32,000 nucleotides of DNA from Bifidobacterium longum subsp. longum JCM 1217 (GTDB lineage Bacteria; Actinomycetota; Actinomycetes; Actinomycetales; Bifidobacteriaceae): the NCBI RefSeq assembly GCF_000196555.1, contig NC_015067.1, positions 2,190,001 through 2,222,000 of the forward strand. The letters run 5' to 3'. The position numbers and the translations under genes are program-made. Shown in pieces: positions 8,347-16,465 of the stretch (positions within the stretch are counted from its first letter, which is position 1; the number at the start of each line of letters is the position of its first letter). The notes beneath the pieces were generated by a model that was not told the origin of the DNA, ran no database searches, and saw only the letters and a list, made by a program, of their open reading frames with translations.

Positions 8347-9873
8347 ATGACAGCAAACGCCAGCGCACGGGCCATCAAACCCGAACTTCTGCGTACGTAC
8401 ACCGAAGACTTCAACAAAGACCGCGCCAACCTGATCGCGGCGGACGCGGCGGTTTCGGCCGGCGTGCTCAAGGCGGCCACCGACTATCGCGGCGTACGTG
8501 CGCTGCCGCGCGACTTCTCCATCGAACTCAAGCAGGGTTCGATCACCAATCAGGAGCGTTCCGGCCGTTGCTGGATGTTCGCCTCCCTGAACACGCTGCG
8601 TTACGAACTCATGCATCGCTGGAATCTTGAGGATTTCGAGTTCTCCGAGACCTACCTGTTCTTCTGGGACGCGATGGAGAAGTCGAACACTTATCTGGAG
8701 AACGTGCTGCGCACGCTCGACGAGGCGACCGATTCGCGTCTGTTCGAGGCCATCAATGAGTCGCCTGCAGACGATGGTGGCTGGTGGCAGATGTTCGCCG
8801 CACTGGTGAACAAGTACGGCCTAGTGCCCAAGAGCGCCTATCCGGAGTCCGAGAACTCCCGCAATTCCGACGATTTCAAGCAGTACCTCAACTCCAAGCT
8901 GCGCGAGTTCGCGGCCGAGCTGCGCCGCCGTTCGGCTGCCGGGGCGTCTGAGGACGAGCTGCGTGCGTTGAAGGACGAGTACATGGGCACCGTGTACCGC
9001 ATCTGCGCCGTGGCGCTCGGCGAACCGCCGGAGAAGTTCGACTTCTTCGCGCGCCCCAAGGATGATGATGAGGATAAGAAGGGCGAGGCTCGCAAGTGCA
9101 AGGCCGAGGCCGACGCAGACGGCAAGGCCGAATCCTGCAAGTGCGGCGAATCCTGCAAGTGCGAGGGCAAATCCGACGCCAAGGCCTGCAAGTGCGATAA
9201 GGACAAGTCCGACAAGCCGAAAACCGGCAAGGACGAGCGCCCGCAGATTCGCGAGATCGGCATCACCCCGCTTGAGTTCTACAAGAAGTACGTGCCGGTG
9301 GACGTCAACGATTTCGTGACGCTGGCCAACGCCCCGCTCAAGAACCGCCCGTTCAACCAGCGCTACCGCATCCGCTTCAGCGCGAACGTGGCCGAGGCTG
9401 GCGATATGGAATTCGTCAACGTGCCGCTGGACGTGTTCAAGAAGGCCGCGCTTGACCAGCTCACCGCCGGCCACCCGATCTGGTTCGCCTGCGACTGCAC
9501 GCAGTTCGCCCTGCGCAAGGACGGTTTCTTCGACCAGTCCGTGGTGCGCGTCGACCAGCTGTTCGGCACCGAATTCACCGGCGACAAGGCCCACGGCCTC
9601 GAATACGGCGACAGCCCGAGCAACCACGCTATGACCTTCACCGGCGTGAACCTCGACGAGGACGGCAAGCCGAACCGCTGGAAGGTGGAGAACAGCTGGG
9701 GCAAGGACGCCGGCAAGGACGGCTACTACGTCATGTCCGACGCCTGGTTCGACCGCTACGTTACCGAGCTCATCATCCGCAAGGAATACCTCGACGACGC
9801 CACCCGCGCCCTGCTCACCACCGAACCAGTCGAGCTCGATCCCTGGCAGCCCCTCACCCGTCGCTGCCGCTGA
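8347..9873 (+). CDS. pepC: Aminopeptidase C (C1B bleomycin-hydrolase-type cysteine peptidase) with a Cys/Lys-rich insertion
   Basis: Active-site motifs QERSGRCWMFASLN, SNHAMTFTGVN and WKVENSWG. The ORF opens at ATG 8326, but MTANASARAIKPELL (ATG 8347) looks like the usual PepC N-terminus. The start is uncertain by 7 codons. Confidence 0.9.
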   Translation: MTANASARAIKPELLRTYTEDFNKDRANLIAADAAVSAGVLKAATDYRGVRALPRDFSIELKQGSITNQERSGRCWMFASLNTLRYELMHRWNLEDFEFSETYLFFWDAMEKSNTYLENVLRTLDEATDSRLFEAINESPADDGGWWQMFAALVNKYGLVPKSAYPESENSRNSDDFKQYLNSKLREFAAELRRRSAAGASEDELRALKDEYMGTVYRICAVALGEPPEKFDFFARPKDDDEDKKGEARKCKAEADADGKAESCKCGESCKCEGKSDAKACKCDKDKSDKPKTGKDERPQIREIGITPLEFYKKYVPVDVNDFVTLANAPLKNRPFNQRYRIRFSANVAEAGDMEFVNVPLDVFKKAALDQLTAGHPIWFACDCTQFALRKDGFFDQSVVRVDQLFGTEFTGDKAHGLEYGDSPSNHAMTFTGVNLDEDGKPNRWKVENSWGKDAGKDGYYVMSDAWFDRYVTELIIRKEYLDDATRALLTTEPVELDPWQPLTRRCR

Positions 9874-9900
9874 CATATTCCGCCCATTGGCCGCGGCTGA

Positions 9901-9954
9901 AGTGCTCCTATGTTTTGCCGACTTCTCACAGAGTGAGCAAAACATAGGAGCACT
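9901..9954 (+). terminator. Long perfect hairpin downstream of pepC
   Basis: agtgctcctatgttttgc (9901-9918) and gcaaaacataggagcact (9937-9954) form a perfect 18-bp stem with an 18-nt loop, followed by TTTAGTT. It begins 28 nt after the pepC stop. Confidence 0.5.
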
Positions 9955-9958
9955 TTAG

Positions 9959-9981
9959 TTATCCACAGAGTTATCCACATC
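9959..9981 (+). promoter_or_regulatory. Two perfect TTATCCACA (DnaA-box consensus) motifs in tandem
   Basis: ttatccaca at 9959-9967 and 9971-9979, same orientation, 3-bp spacer, ending 34 nt upstream of the ATG at 10015. Confidence 0.5.
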
Positions 9982-10014
9982 CTCAGCAAGCTAGAACCAC
10001 ATACCCCGTTTTTC

Positions 10015-11127
10015 ATGGCGAACAAGCGACCGCTACGCTACGGTGGCGTTATGAACAGCGGATTTCCCACCCCGCCACCCGGCGTATTCGACGATGAACC
10101 ACCCGGCTGGACCAACAATGCCGCGGCACCGAGTGCTGCGTCCACGCACGCCGTCAAGCCCGAGCCATACTCACCACCGCGTATGGCAACCCCCACTGCG
10201 CCCGCTATGAGCGAAGCCCTCACCCAACGTAAGCGGGAAATGCTTAAACGATGCACGGACGCCGCGCAACAGCTCGGAAAGCCGGTGCTCTTCGGCATGA
10301 CCACATCGCTGATACTGCAATCCGTGCCGCTTCCCAAGGATTGCGATCTCAATGCCACCGAGCTCCATACCGTCTCTGACTCGCATCGCACCCGGATACG
10401 CGCCGTCGTTCCGCCAACAACACCGCACATCTGGAAACCGCTAAGCGCCGCGCACAATGCACGTATCAACAAGCATGTGCACGCGCTGAATCTGGTACAT
10501 ACTTGGGCGCAGCTCGCCGCTCACATGTCATTGGAATCATTGGTCATACTTGGCGACGCAACCCTTACGGCAATAGCGCGCAAGCCGAGCCTATCGGGCG
10601 GCCGCACCGCCGACGAAATTTATCAGGACTTTGTGCGGCAGGTCAGCGAACTTCCGAAATTCAACGCGAAAGCCACATGCATGATCGCACTTGAATTTAT
10701 TGCACCGCGCGTGGATTCTCCGATGGAATCAGAGACCCGTATCACAACCACGCAATACGGGCTTCCACGAGCCGTGACAAATTACACAGTGCCCGGCGCG
10801 ACGTTCAGCAATGGTGAGCCGATAACACTCGATCTCGCTTGGCCCGAATTCCGCGTCGCCATCGAATATGACGGCGATCATCATCGCACAGACAAGGCCC
10901 AGTGGCGGCGAGACAACGACAAGCGCGAACTGTTACGGCATCATCATTGGATCGTCCTCATCGCCACCGCCGCGAATATGGCTGATGAACCGTCTCAAGC
11001 CGAACTCGCCTACCGAGCCGGGCGACAGCTGGCGTTGCGAGGTGCCATATTCGATTTCACCTTGACAGCGACGCCGCTCAATGAACTTGCCCGGCGGAAA
11101 CGACGGAAATCCACCGGGGCGCACTGA
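10015..11127 (+). CDS. DUF559 / Vsr-like endonuclease-domain protein with a proline-rich N-terminus
   Basis: The C-terminal LDLAWPEFRVAIEYDGDHHRTDKAQWRRDNDKRELLRHHHWIVLI is typical of the DUF559 restriction-endonuclease-like fold common in actinobacteria. The central region resembles the AbiEi-like domain seen in the 14347 ORF. The start codon is uncertain. Confidence 0.75.
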   Translation: MANKRPLRYGGVMNSGFPTPPPGVFDDEPPGWTNNAAAPSAASTHAVKPEPYSPPRMATPTAPAMSEALTQRKREMLKRCTDAAQQLGKPVLFGMTTSLILQSVPLPKDCDLNATELHTVSDSHRTRIRAVVPPTTPHIWKPLSAAHNARINKHVHALNLVHTWAQLAAHMSLESLVILGDATLTAIARKPSLSGGRTADEIYQDFVRQVSELPKFNAKATCMIALEFIAPRVDSPMESETRITTTQYGLPRAVTNYTVPGATFSNGEPITLDLAWPEFRVAIEYDGDHHRTDKAQWRRDNDKRELLRHHHWIVLIATAANMADEPSQAELAYRAGRQLALRGAIFDFTLTATPLNELARRKRRKSTGAH

Positions 11128-11347
11128 GCTGACATCGATACGATTGCGCGCGCTTGCTGCAACGCATATGCCATTCATCGCACCCCATTTGGTCGCGTGG
11201 CCCCGACCGCATGGCACTGTTGTGTGTCACACGCCATGTTACGTCCGGCGAATCCGCACATCATCTGCGTTGCGTACTGCCATATTATGCGGTTCGCGAT
11301 ATACGTCACGGTGTCCGATGTCCTGGTAACGACGTCAATCGATTTAT

Positions 11348-11592
11348 GTGTGTACCGGGCCAGATTTTGTTGTCCCGGTTCTCCATTTCGCCTCTTTTTG
11401 AGCAACCGGGACAGAAACACCCTCGAAAAATCGCCAATTCGGCCCTACCGCACAATATCCGCCATCACACATCGGCGGAATTCCGGGCTTCTGGATTTGC
11501 ATACATTGAGCGCTCACGGGATGGTCTGTCCCGGTTCCCCAAAAGAGGCCAAAATCACGAACCGGGACAACGAAATCTGGCCCGGTTCGCAC
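11348..11592. repeat. 245-bp element with about 76-nt imperfect inverted arms (MITE-like or structured RNA)
   Basis: Arm 11348-11425 and the reverse complement of 11517-11592 align at roughly 80% identity by hand, with 1-2 indels. Each arm also contains its own 10-bp hairpin, tgtcccggtt...aaccgggaca. Confidence 0.7.
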
Positions 11593-11854
11593 GTCAATCG
11601 GTTGCCGTCACCACCGGGACACCGACTGCGCATAGATAAGATGCTTCAATGCTTAACAGGCATGCGACCATACCGCGATAGCAACGTTTCGCTGGAAGTA
11701 GAGGAATCAAGCAGCACCCCCCAAACCGGAAGCATGGAGGGAATCCTGCAATGCTCCGAATCACCGCGCCCCGTGCTTGGTGTGGCGGATCACGGCTTCG
11801 AGCGGCGTGGATGTAGCTGGACAGCAGCGTAACTTGCGTTGCATGATGCGGCCC

Positions 11855-11887
11855 AAAACGAAGAAACCCGGCGGAGGGGCCGCCGGG
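11855..11887 (-). terminator. Rho-independent terminator, about 280 nt downstream of the metG stop
   Basis: Minus strand reads CCCGGCGG-CCCCT-CCGCCGGG followed by TTTCTTCGTTTT. Confidence 0.6.
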
Positions 11888-12164
11888 TGAGAGAGAAGAG
11901 AGAAGAAGGGTTCAGTTATGGGGTTCGGAAGAACCTCGCCACCGGTATGAACTTCATTCCGTTGACATCTTCTATATAACCGTCTCTTTCTTGGGGATTC
12001 GATGTGCTTGTCTGGGAAAAGTCTTGGCAAACTGTGACGGGCTTGTAACGCCGCCCGACAACCGGCCTCGCTCTGTCGGGGCTTGGCCGCACATACGGCA
12101 ACAGGCCACCCCGCAGCACTTCATGTGCGAGGTGGCCCGTCAGCTACGAGCTAGCAATGCCGAA

Positions 12165-14030
12165 TCACTCGGCGGCGAGCTTGGCCTTCTCGGCGGCCAG
12201 ACGTTCGGCTTCGGCGGCACGGCGAGCAGCCAACGCTTCATCGAAGCGAGCCAGCTCCTCTTCCACGGCCTCGGTCGGAATCTTGGCGAAGATCGGTGCG
12301 GGCTTAGGCACCATGGCGCCGACCTCGATTGCCTCGCTCTTCCACGGGTGCACGTTCACACCGAGCTCGTAATCGCCGGTGATAATCGGGTACGTGAAGC
12401 CGGGCTTGTCGAGATCCTCGACTTCCTTGAGCTCAGGCAGCGGCGAGAAGGTGCCGGTGCCGCCGAGCGCCTCCCACACCTTCTGTGCGGAGTGCGGCAG
12501 GAACGGCGCGAGCAGGTGGTTCGCGTCAGACACGGCCTGAGCGGCCACGTGCAGCACGGTGCCGAGACGAGCCTGGTCGTCCTTAATCTTCCACGGTTCG
12601 GTGGCGGAAATGTACTTGTTGATGTCGCCGACCACACGCATCGCCTCGGACAGGGCGTGCTTCTGGTGGTGGGTTTCGATGGAGGAGCCGACCACGTCGA
12701 ACGCGGCGGAACTCTCTTCCAGAAGGCCACGGTCTTCGTTGGTCATCGAATCCTCGTCCAGCGGCGGAATCTCGCCGAAGTTCTTGTTGATGAGGTTGGC
12801 CACGCGGTTCACCAGGTTGCCCCACGAGGAGGCGAGCTCCTCGTTGTTGTGGCGCACGAACTCGGCCCACGTGAAGTCGGAATCCGAGGATTCGGGGCCG
12901 GCCACGGAAATGTAGTAGCGCACGGCGTCCACGGGGTAGCGGGCGAGGATGTCCTTGACGTAGATCACGATGCCGCGGGAGGAGCTGAACTTCTTGCCTT
13001 CCATGGTCATGAACTCGCTGGCCACCACCTGCTCAGGCAGGTTGAGCGGACCCATCGGGCCGGTTTCGCCGCCCTTGGAGCCCTTGCCGTTGTACGCCAG
13101 CATTTCGGACGGCCAGATCTGGGAGTGGAAGGTGATGTTGTCCTTTCCCATGAAGTAGTAGGCCGGGCAGCTCGGGTCGTTCCACCATTCGCGCCACTTC
13201 TCCGGGTCGCCCTGGCGGCGGGCCCATTCGATGGAGGCCGACAGGTAGCCGATCACGGCGTCGAACCACACGTACAGCTTCTTGTTCGGGTTGTCAATCC
13301 AGCCCTTCACCGGCACCGGGATACCCCAGTCGATGTCACGGGTGATGGCGCGCGGCTTGACTTCCTTGAACAGGCCGAGCGAGAAGTTGATGACGTTGGT
13401 ACGCCAGCCCTTGCGGGTCTCCAGCCATGCCTTGTTGGCTTCGGCGAGCGCCGGCAGGTCGAGGAAGTAGTGCTCGGTCTGCTCGAAGCGCGGGGTTTCG
13501 CCGTTAATCTTGGAGACGGGGTTGATGAGCTCGTCCGGGTCGAGCTCGTTGCCGCAGGCGTCGCACTGGTCGCCACGCGCACCTTCGGCGTGGCAAATCG
13601 GGCACTCGCCCTCGATGTAGCGGTCGGGCAGAGTGCGGCCGGTGGACGGGCTAATCGCCACCTGCTGGGTGCCCTTGTAGATGTAGCCGTTCTCCAAGCA
13701 CTGCTTGAACATCTCCTGCACCACGTGCTCGTGGTTACCGGTGGTGGTGCGGGTGAACAGGTCGTAGCTCAGGCCGAGGTCGCACAGATCCTTGGCGATC
13801 ACGCGGTTGTAACGGTTGGCCAGTTCCTGGGCAGTGAGACCTTCCTTCTCCGCCTCGACGAGAATCGGGGTGCCGTGCTCGTCGGTGCCGGACACCATGA
13901 GCACATCATTGCCCTTCATGCGCTCGTAGCGCGCGTAGACGTCGGAGGGCACACCAAATCCCGCGACGTGGCCGATATGACGGGGGCCGTTTGCATACGG
14001 CCAAGCAACATTCACCAAAACATGACTCAT
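12165..14030 (-). CDS. metG: Methionine--tRNA ligase
   Basis: 621 aa with [17 protein letters not shown] (HIGH), KFSSSRG (KMSKS variant) and the zinc-knuckle region [18 protein letters not shown]. Confidence 0.97.
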   Translation of the reverse strand: MSHVLVNVAWPYANGPRHIGHVAGFGVPSDVYARYERMKGNDVLMVSGTDEHGTPILVEAEKEGLTAQELANRYNRVIAKDLCDLGLSYDLFTRTTTGNHEHVVQEMFKQCLENGYIYKGTQQVAISPSTGRTLPDRYIEGECPICHAEGARGDQCDACGNELDPDELINPVSKINGETPRFEQTEHYFLDLPALAEANKAWLETRKGWRTNVINFSLGLFKEVKPRAITRDIDWGIPVPVKGWIDNPNKKLYVWFDAVIGYLSASIEWARRQGDPEKWREWWNDPSCPAYYFMGKDNITFHSQIWPSEMLAYNGKGSKGGETGPMGPLNLPEQVVASEFMTMEGKKFSSSRGIVIYVKDILARYPVDAVRYYISVAGPESSDSDFTWAEFVRHNNEELASSWGNLVNRVANLINKNFGEIPPLDEDSMTNEDRGLLEESSAAFDVVGSSIETHHQKHALSEAMRVVGDINKYISATEPWKIKDDQARLGTVLHVAAQAVSDANHLLAPFLPHSAQKVWEALGGTGTFSPLPELKEVEDLDKPGFTYPIITGDYELGVNVHPWKSEAIEVGAMVPKPAPIFAKIPTEAVEEELARFDEALAARRAAEAERLAAEKAKLAAE

Positions 14031-14039
14031 AAGGCTTGA

Positions 14040-14311
14040 TTATCCGGCGCGGCGGGGACACGCCCGGATAGCTGCCGCGCCGCCATCCTCATCCCACTCA
14101 CCTATCCACCCGCAACTTCCCCACATACTTATCCGTACACCTCTTGCGCGCTTATCCACATACGCATTCGCACACGTATCCGCGCACCCATCCGTACGCA
14201 CGCCCACGCACATCCGCACACACTTCCGCCTGCCAATATCCACCGAGTTATCCACATCATTTGCGCACCTAGTAAAGTTATGCACTTATCCACCGTTTTC
14301 GCCTATCCGGT
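14040..14311 (+). promoter_or_regulatory. Cluster of about 12 co-oriented DnaA-box-like motifs
   Basis: Perfect TTATCCACA at 14152-14160 and 14248-14256. One 8/9 match at 14286-14294 (ttatccacc). Four 7/9 matches at 14102-14110, 14129-14137, 14236-14244 and 14278-14286. Weaker tatccg/catccg units at 14040, 14176, 14188, 14210 and 14303. All are on the same strand. Confidence 0.5.
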
Positions 14312-14346
14312 GGCGCGCAAGCCGCATTTCTGCATATTGTTCGGTC

Positions 14347-14994
14347 ATGGATATCACAGCAGGTCCGATGACGGACATCACAACAGTCGCCTCGCCGGCA
14401 ACCGCGCAACCTGCGGTGCCGCCGATACTGTTTACCAAGGATCTGCCGGGACCGCTCAGCCTTAACCGTCTGGCCGCCTTCGGCACGTTACATAAGCTCG
14501 ACGATTCCGCCGGCTACTGGATCGAGCATTCGGGCACACTGTATGGTCGCGCGAAAATCGTCGCGGAGGTCGCCCCGTTTGGCACTGTGGTGTGTTCGAT
14601 GACCGCCGCTTGGGTATGGCTGGGAGGCCCCGACTTTCCGAGTACCATAGACGTGATTTCCACATCGCACTTCCGCTCGGCATCCGTCAGCCGCCGTATC
14701 CGCGTATTCAAAAGATTGACGTTGCCGGAGCAAATCATCAAGCTCGGCGGGCTGCCTGTCACCACGCCAGCCCGTACGGCTTGCGACCTGGTGATGAGTC
14801 CTGAAGACATCCCCGATCCTTCCACCGTCAACGCACTGGTGTGCCAGCTGATGTCCGCGTACCAGTTTCGGCCAAACGACTGTCTGCAAATCGTCAAGGA
14901 GCATCGGCATCACAAGTACGCCGGACGCGCACGCATGTTTTTTGAATCGGTGCAGCAGGAGATGGACGAACCGGCTTTGGAGCAATGCGCATGA
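14347..14994 (+). CDS. Hypothetical protein, AbiEi-like / DUF559-associated N-terminal domain without the endonuclease domain
   Basis: 215-aa ORF. The segment TVVCSMTAAWVWLGG...RIRVFKRLTLPEQIIKLGGLPVTTPARTACDL resembles the region preceding DUF559 domains in actinobacterial proteins. The assignment is by recognition only. Confidence 0.6.
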   Translation: MDITAGPMTDITTVASPATAQPAVPPILFTKDLPGPLSLNRLAAFGTLHKLDDSAGYWIEHSGTLYGRAKIVAEVAPFGTVVCSMTAAWVWLGGPDFPSTIDVISTSHFRSASVSRRIRVFKRLTLPEQIIKLGGLPVTTPARTACDLVMSPEDIPDPSTVNALVCQLMSAYQFRPNDCLQIVKEHRHHKYAGRARMFFESVQQEMDEPALEQCA

Positions 14995-15134
14995 CGAGGG
15001 GGTTCATTGTCAGAGGCCATCGCAGAGGCCGCCATGCCGCTCACCGTTTACGGCATTTGCGGCAGGCGCAACGGTTGCCTCGCCACGCGGCGGCGGCACA
15101 CTCATCCGAATCCGCATCGCGCGCAATCTCGGAT

Positions 15135-15362
15135 ATGACCGCGCCGCCTGAACCGCCCATCAGACTTACGCCCGCGGTGGCATGTTCGCCCGATACGGAT
15201 GTTGCCGTGCTCTGGCACATCGCATATCACGTGCCCGAACTGCGTAAATGGCTGGTTGCCAATCCCAAAGCCGACGCGCCTTTGCTGGAATTGGTCTCGC
15301 AGCGTGGTGGGCCCGGGGTCCGGCAGGCGTTGGAAATATTGTTCGAGTCGATGGAAGCGTAA
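15135..15362 (+). CDS. Small protein with a variant leucine-rich-repeat (LRV)-like motif; possibly a gene fragment
   Basis: SPDTDVAVLWHIAYHVPELRKWLVANPKADAPLLELVSQRGGPGV resembles the N-terminal LRV repeats of larger actinobacterial proteins. The track ORF begins at 14985, but its first 50 aa are Arg/His-rich and unlikely to be coding. ATG at 15135. Confidence 0.4.
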   Translation: MTAPPEPPIRLTPAVACSPDTDVAVLWHIAYHVPELRKWLVANPKADAPLLELVSQRGGPGVRQALEILFESMEA

Positions 15363-15388
15363 CGGGGAGATAATCGCCGGCTGCTGCG

Positions 15389-16399
15389 CTATCCCTTGAT
15401 TTTCAGCACAGCCGCATACACCTGCTTGCGATTGGCCAACGATCCGTCAGCCAGTGGATGCTCCTGCACCACTTGCGCGATGGCGTCCTTGATACGCAGG
15501 CCGTCCTCCAAAGCACGGTCGATGGAGAGCACGGCCATGTCATCCACGCTCAACGTGCTGGGCGCGGCCGCTTCGGCCTCCTCGTTGGACGCGCCGCCGA
15601 TGACCAGCACCATCTCGCCACGGGGCGGATCATCAATCACACTTTGGCGAATCTCGTCAATCGGGCCGCGACGAATCTGCTCATAATCCTTGGTGAGTTC
15701 GCGGCACAGGGCCATCGGGCGATTCGGGCCGAACGCGTCCAGCAGATCGTCCATCGAATCGGCAATGCGATGAGGCGTCTCGTAGAACACGATGGTGCGG
15801 CGTTCGGGCAACAGCGTGCGCAGATACTGCACGCGCTCGGAATGCTTTCGCGGTAGGAAGCCTTCGTAGCAGAAGCGGTCGGTGGGCAGGCCGGAGAGGG
15901 CGAGCGCATCGAGCACAGCGGAGGGGCCGGGCGCGCAGGTGACGGGCAGACCGCGTTCAATGGCACGGCGCACGATGGCCAAGCCGGGGTCGTTGATGGT
16001 GGGCATGCCGGCGTCGGATACGACGAGCACGGTGGCGCCGGTTTCGACCTGGTCGAGCAGGCCGTCGGCCTTGTCGCGCTCATTGTGGTCGTGATAGGCG
16101 ATGACGCGACCGTTCACATAGACGCCGAGGCGACGGGCGAGATCGTAGAGGCGGCGCGTGTCTTCGGCGGCCACGATATCGGCCCGTTCCAAGAGGGCCA
16201 CCAGACGGGCTGAAGCGTCGCCGACATTGCCGATCGGGGTGGCGGCGAGCACCACGGTGCCGGCGGGGATGGTCACGGCCGATTCGCGGGATTGGGCGAC
16301 GGCGGATTCGCCGGCATGAACTTCATCATTGCGTTCAGGCACTTGCGTCACGCTACCGTCAGCGTCATACTGCTCATTCAACTCATCTGCGCTTGTCAT
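15389..16399 (-). CDS. rsmI: 16S rRNA (cytidine1402-2'-O)-methyltransferase
   Basis: LAATPIGNVGDAS...VVSDAGMPTINDPG...CAPGPSAVLDALALSGLPTDRFCYEGFLPRK. The track ORF starts at a GTG (16486) inside a repeat region. In-frame ATGs lie at 16444, 16417 and 16399. The start is uncertain. Confidence 0.9.
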   Translation of the reverse strand: MTSADELNEQYDADGSVTQVPERNDEVHAGESAVAQSRESAVTIPAGTVVLAATPIGNVGDASARLVALLERADIVAAEDTRRLYDLARRLGVYVNGRVIAYHDHNERDKADGLLDQVETGATVLVVSDAGMPTINDPGLAIVRRAIERGLPVTCAPGPSAVLDALALSGLPTDRFCYEGFLPRKHSERVQYLRTLLPERRTIVFYETPHRIADSMDDLLDAFGPNRPMALCRELTKDYEQIRRGPIDEIRQSVIDDPPRGEMVLVIGGASNEEAEAAAPSTLSVDDMAVLSIDRALEDGLRIKDAIAQVVQEHPLADGSLANRKQVYAAVLKIKG

Positions 16400-16465
16400 A
16401 CTCCCAGTATTGCCCATGCCACAGAGCAATCCACGACAATCCATGGCGAAATCGAGGCATTCTCC

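Noticed and set aside
8821-9945. 374-aa minus-strand ORF opposite pepC
   Set aside because: It is antisense to a gene with intact papain-like catalytic motifs, and it runs through the pepC terminator hairpin.
11154-11832. 161-aa and 211-aa plus-strand ORFs (and the 81/82-aa minus ORFs) in the DUF559-metG gap
   Set aside because: The translations are Cys/Arg/Pro-rich and non-protein-like, there is no SD, and the ORFs are generated by the inverted-repeat element. I treat the region as non-coding.
12104-12137. Hairpin ggccacc...ggtggcc just after the metG stop as the metG terminator
   Set aside because: The stem is short and interrupted and is not followed by a U-tract on the minus strand. The canonical terminator is at 11855-11887.
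11991-14039. 682-aa plus-strand ORF opposite metG
   Set aside because: metG on the minus strand has all the class-I synthetase motifs. The antisense translation is featureless and Gly/Val/His/Arg-rich.
14040-14285. 81-aa minus-strand ORF over the DnaA-box cluster
   Set aside because: The Cys/Arg/Val-rich sequence is produced by the repeated GTGGATA units. No SD or homology signal.
14040-14311. Calling the box cluster the chromosomal origin (oriC)
   Set aside because: No dnaA, dnaN, rpmH or recF is nearby, I see no clear AT-rich unwinding element, and there is no visible switch in gene-strand bias within the window. It is reported only as a DnaA-box cluster of unknown role.
14985-15134. N-terminal 50 codons of the 125-aa ORF at 14985
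   Set aside because: The Arg/His-rich string (MRMTRGFIVRGHRRGRHAAHRLRHLRQAQRLPRH...) looks non-coding. Only the part from the ATG at 15135 carries the LRV-like motif.
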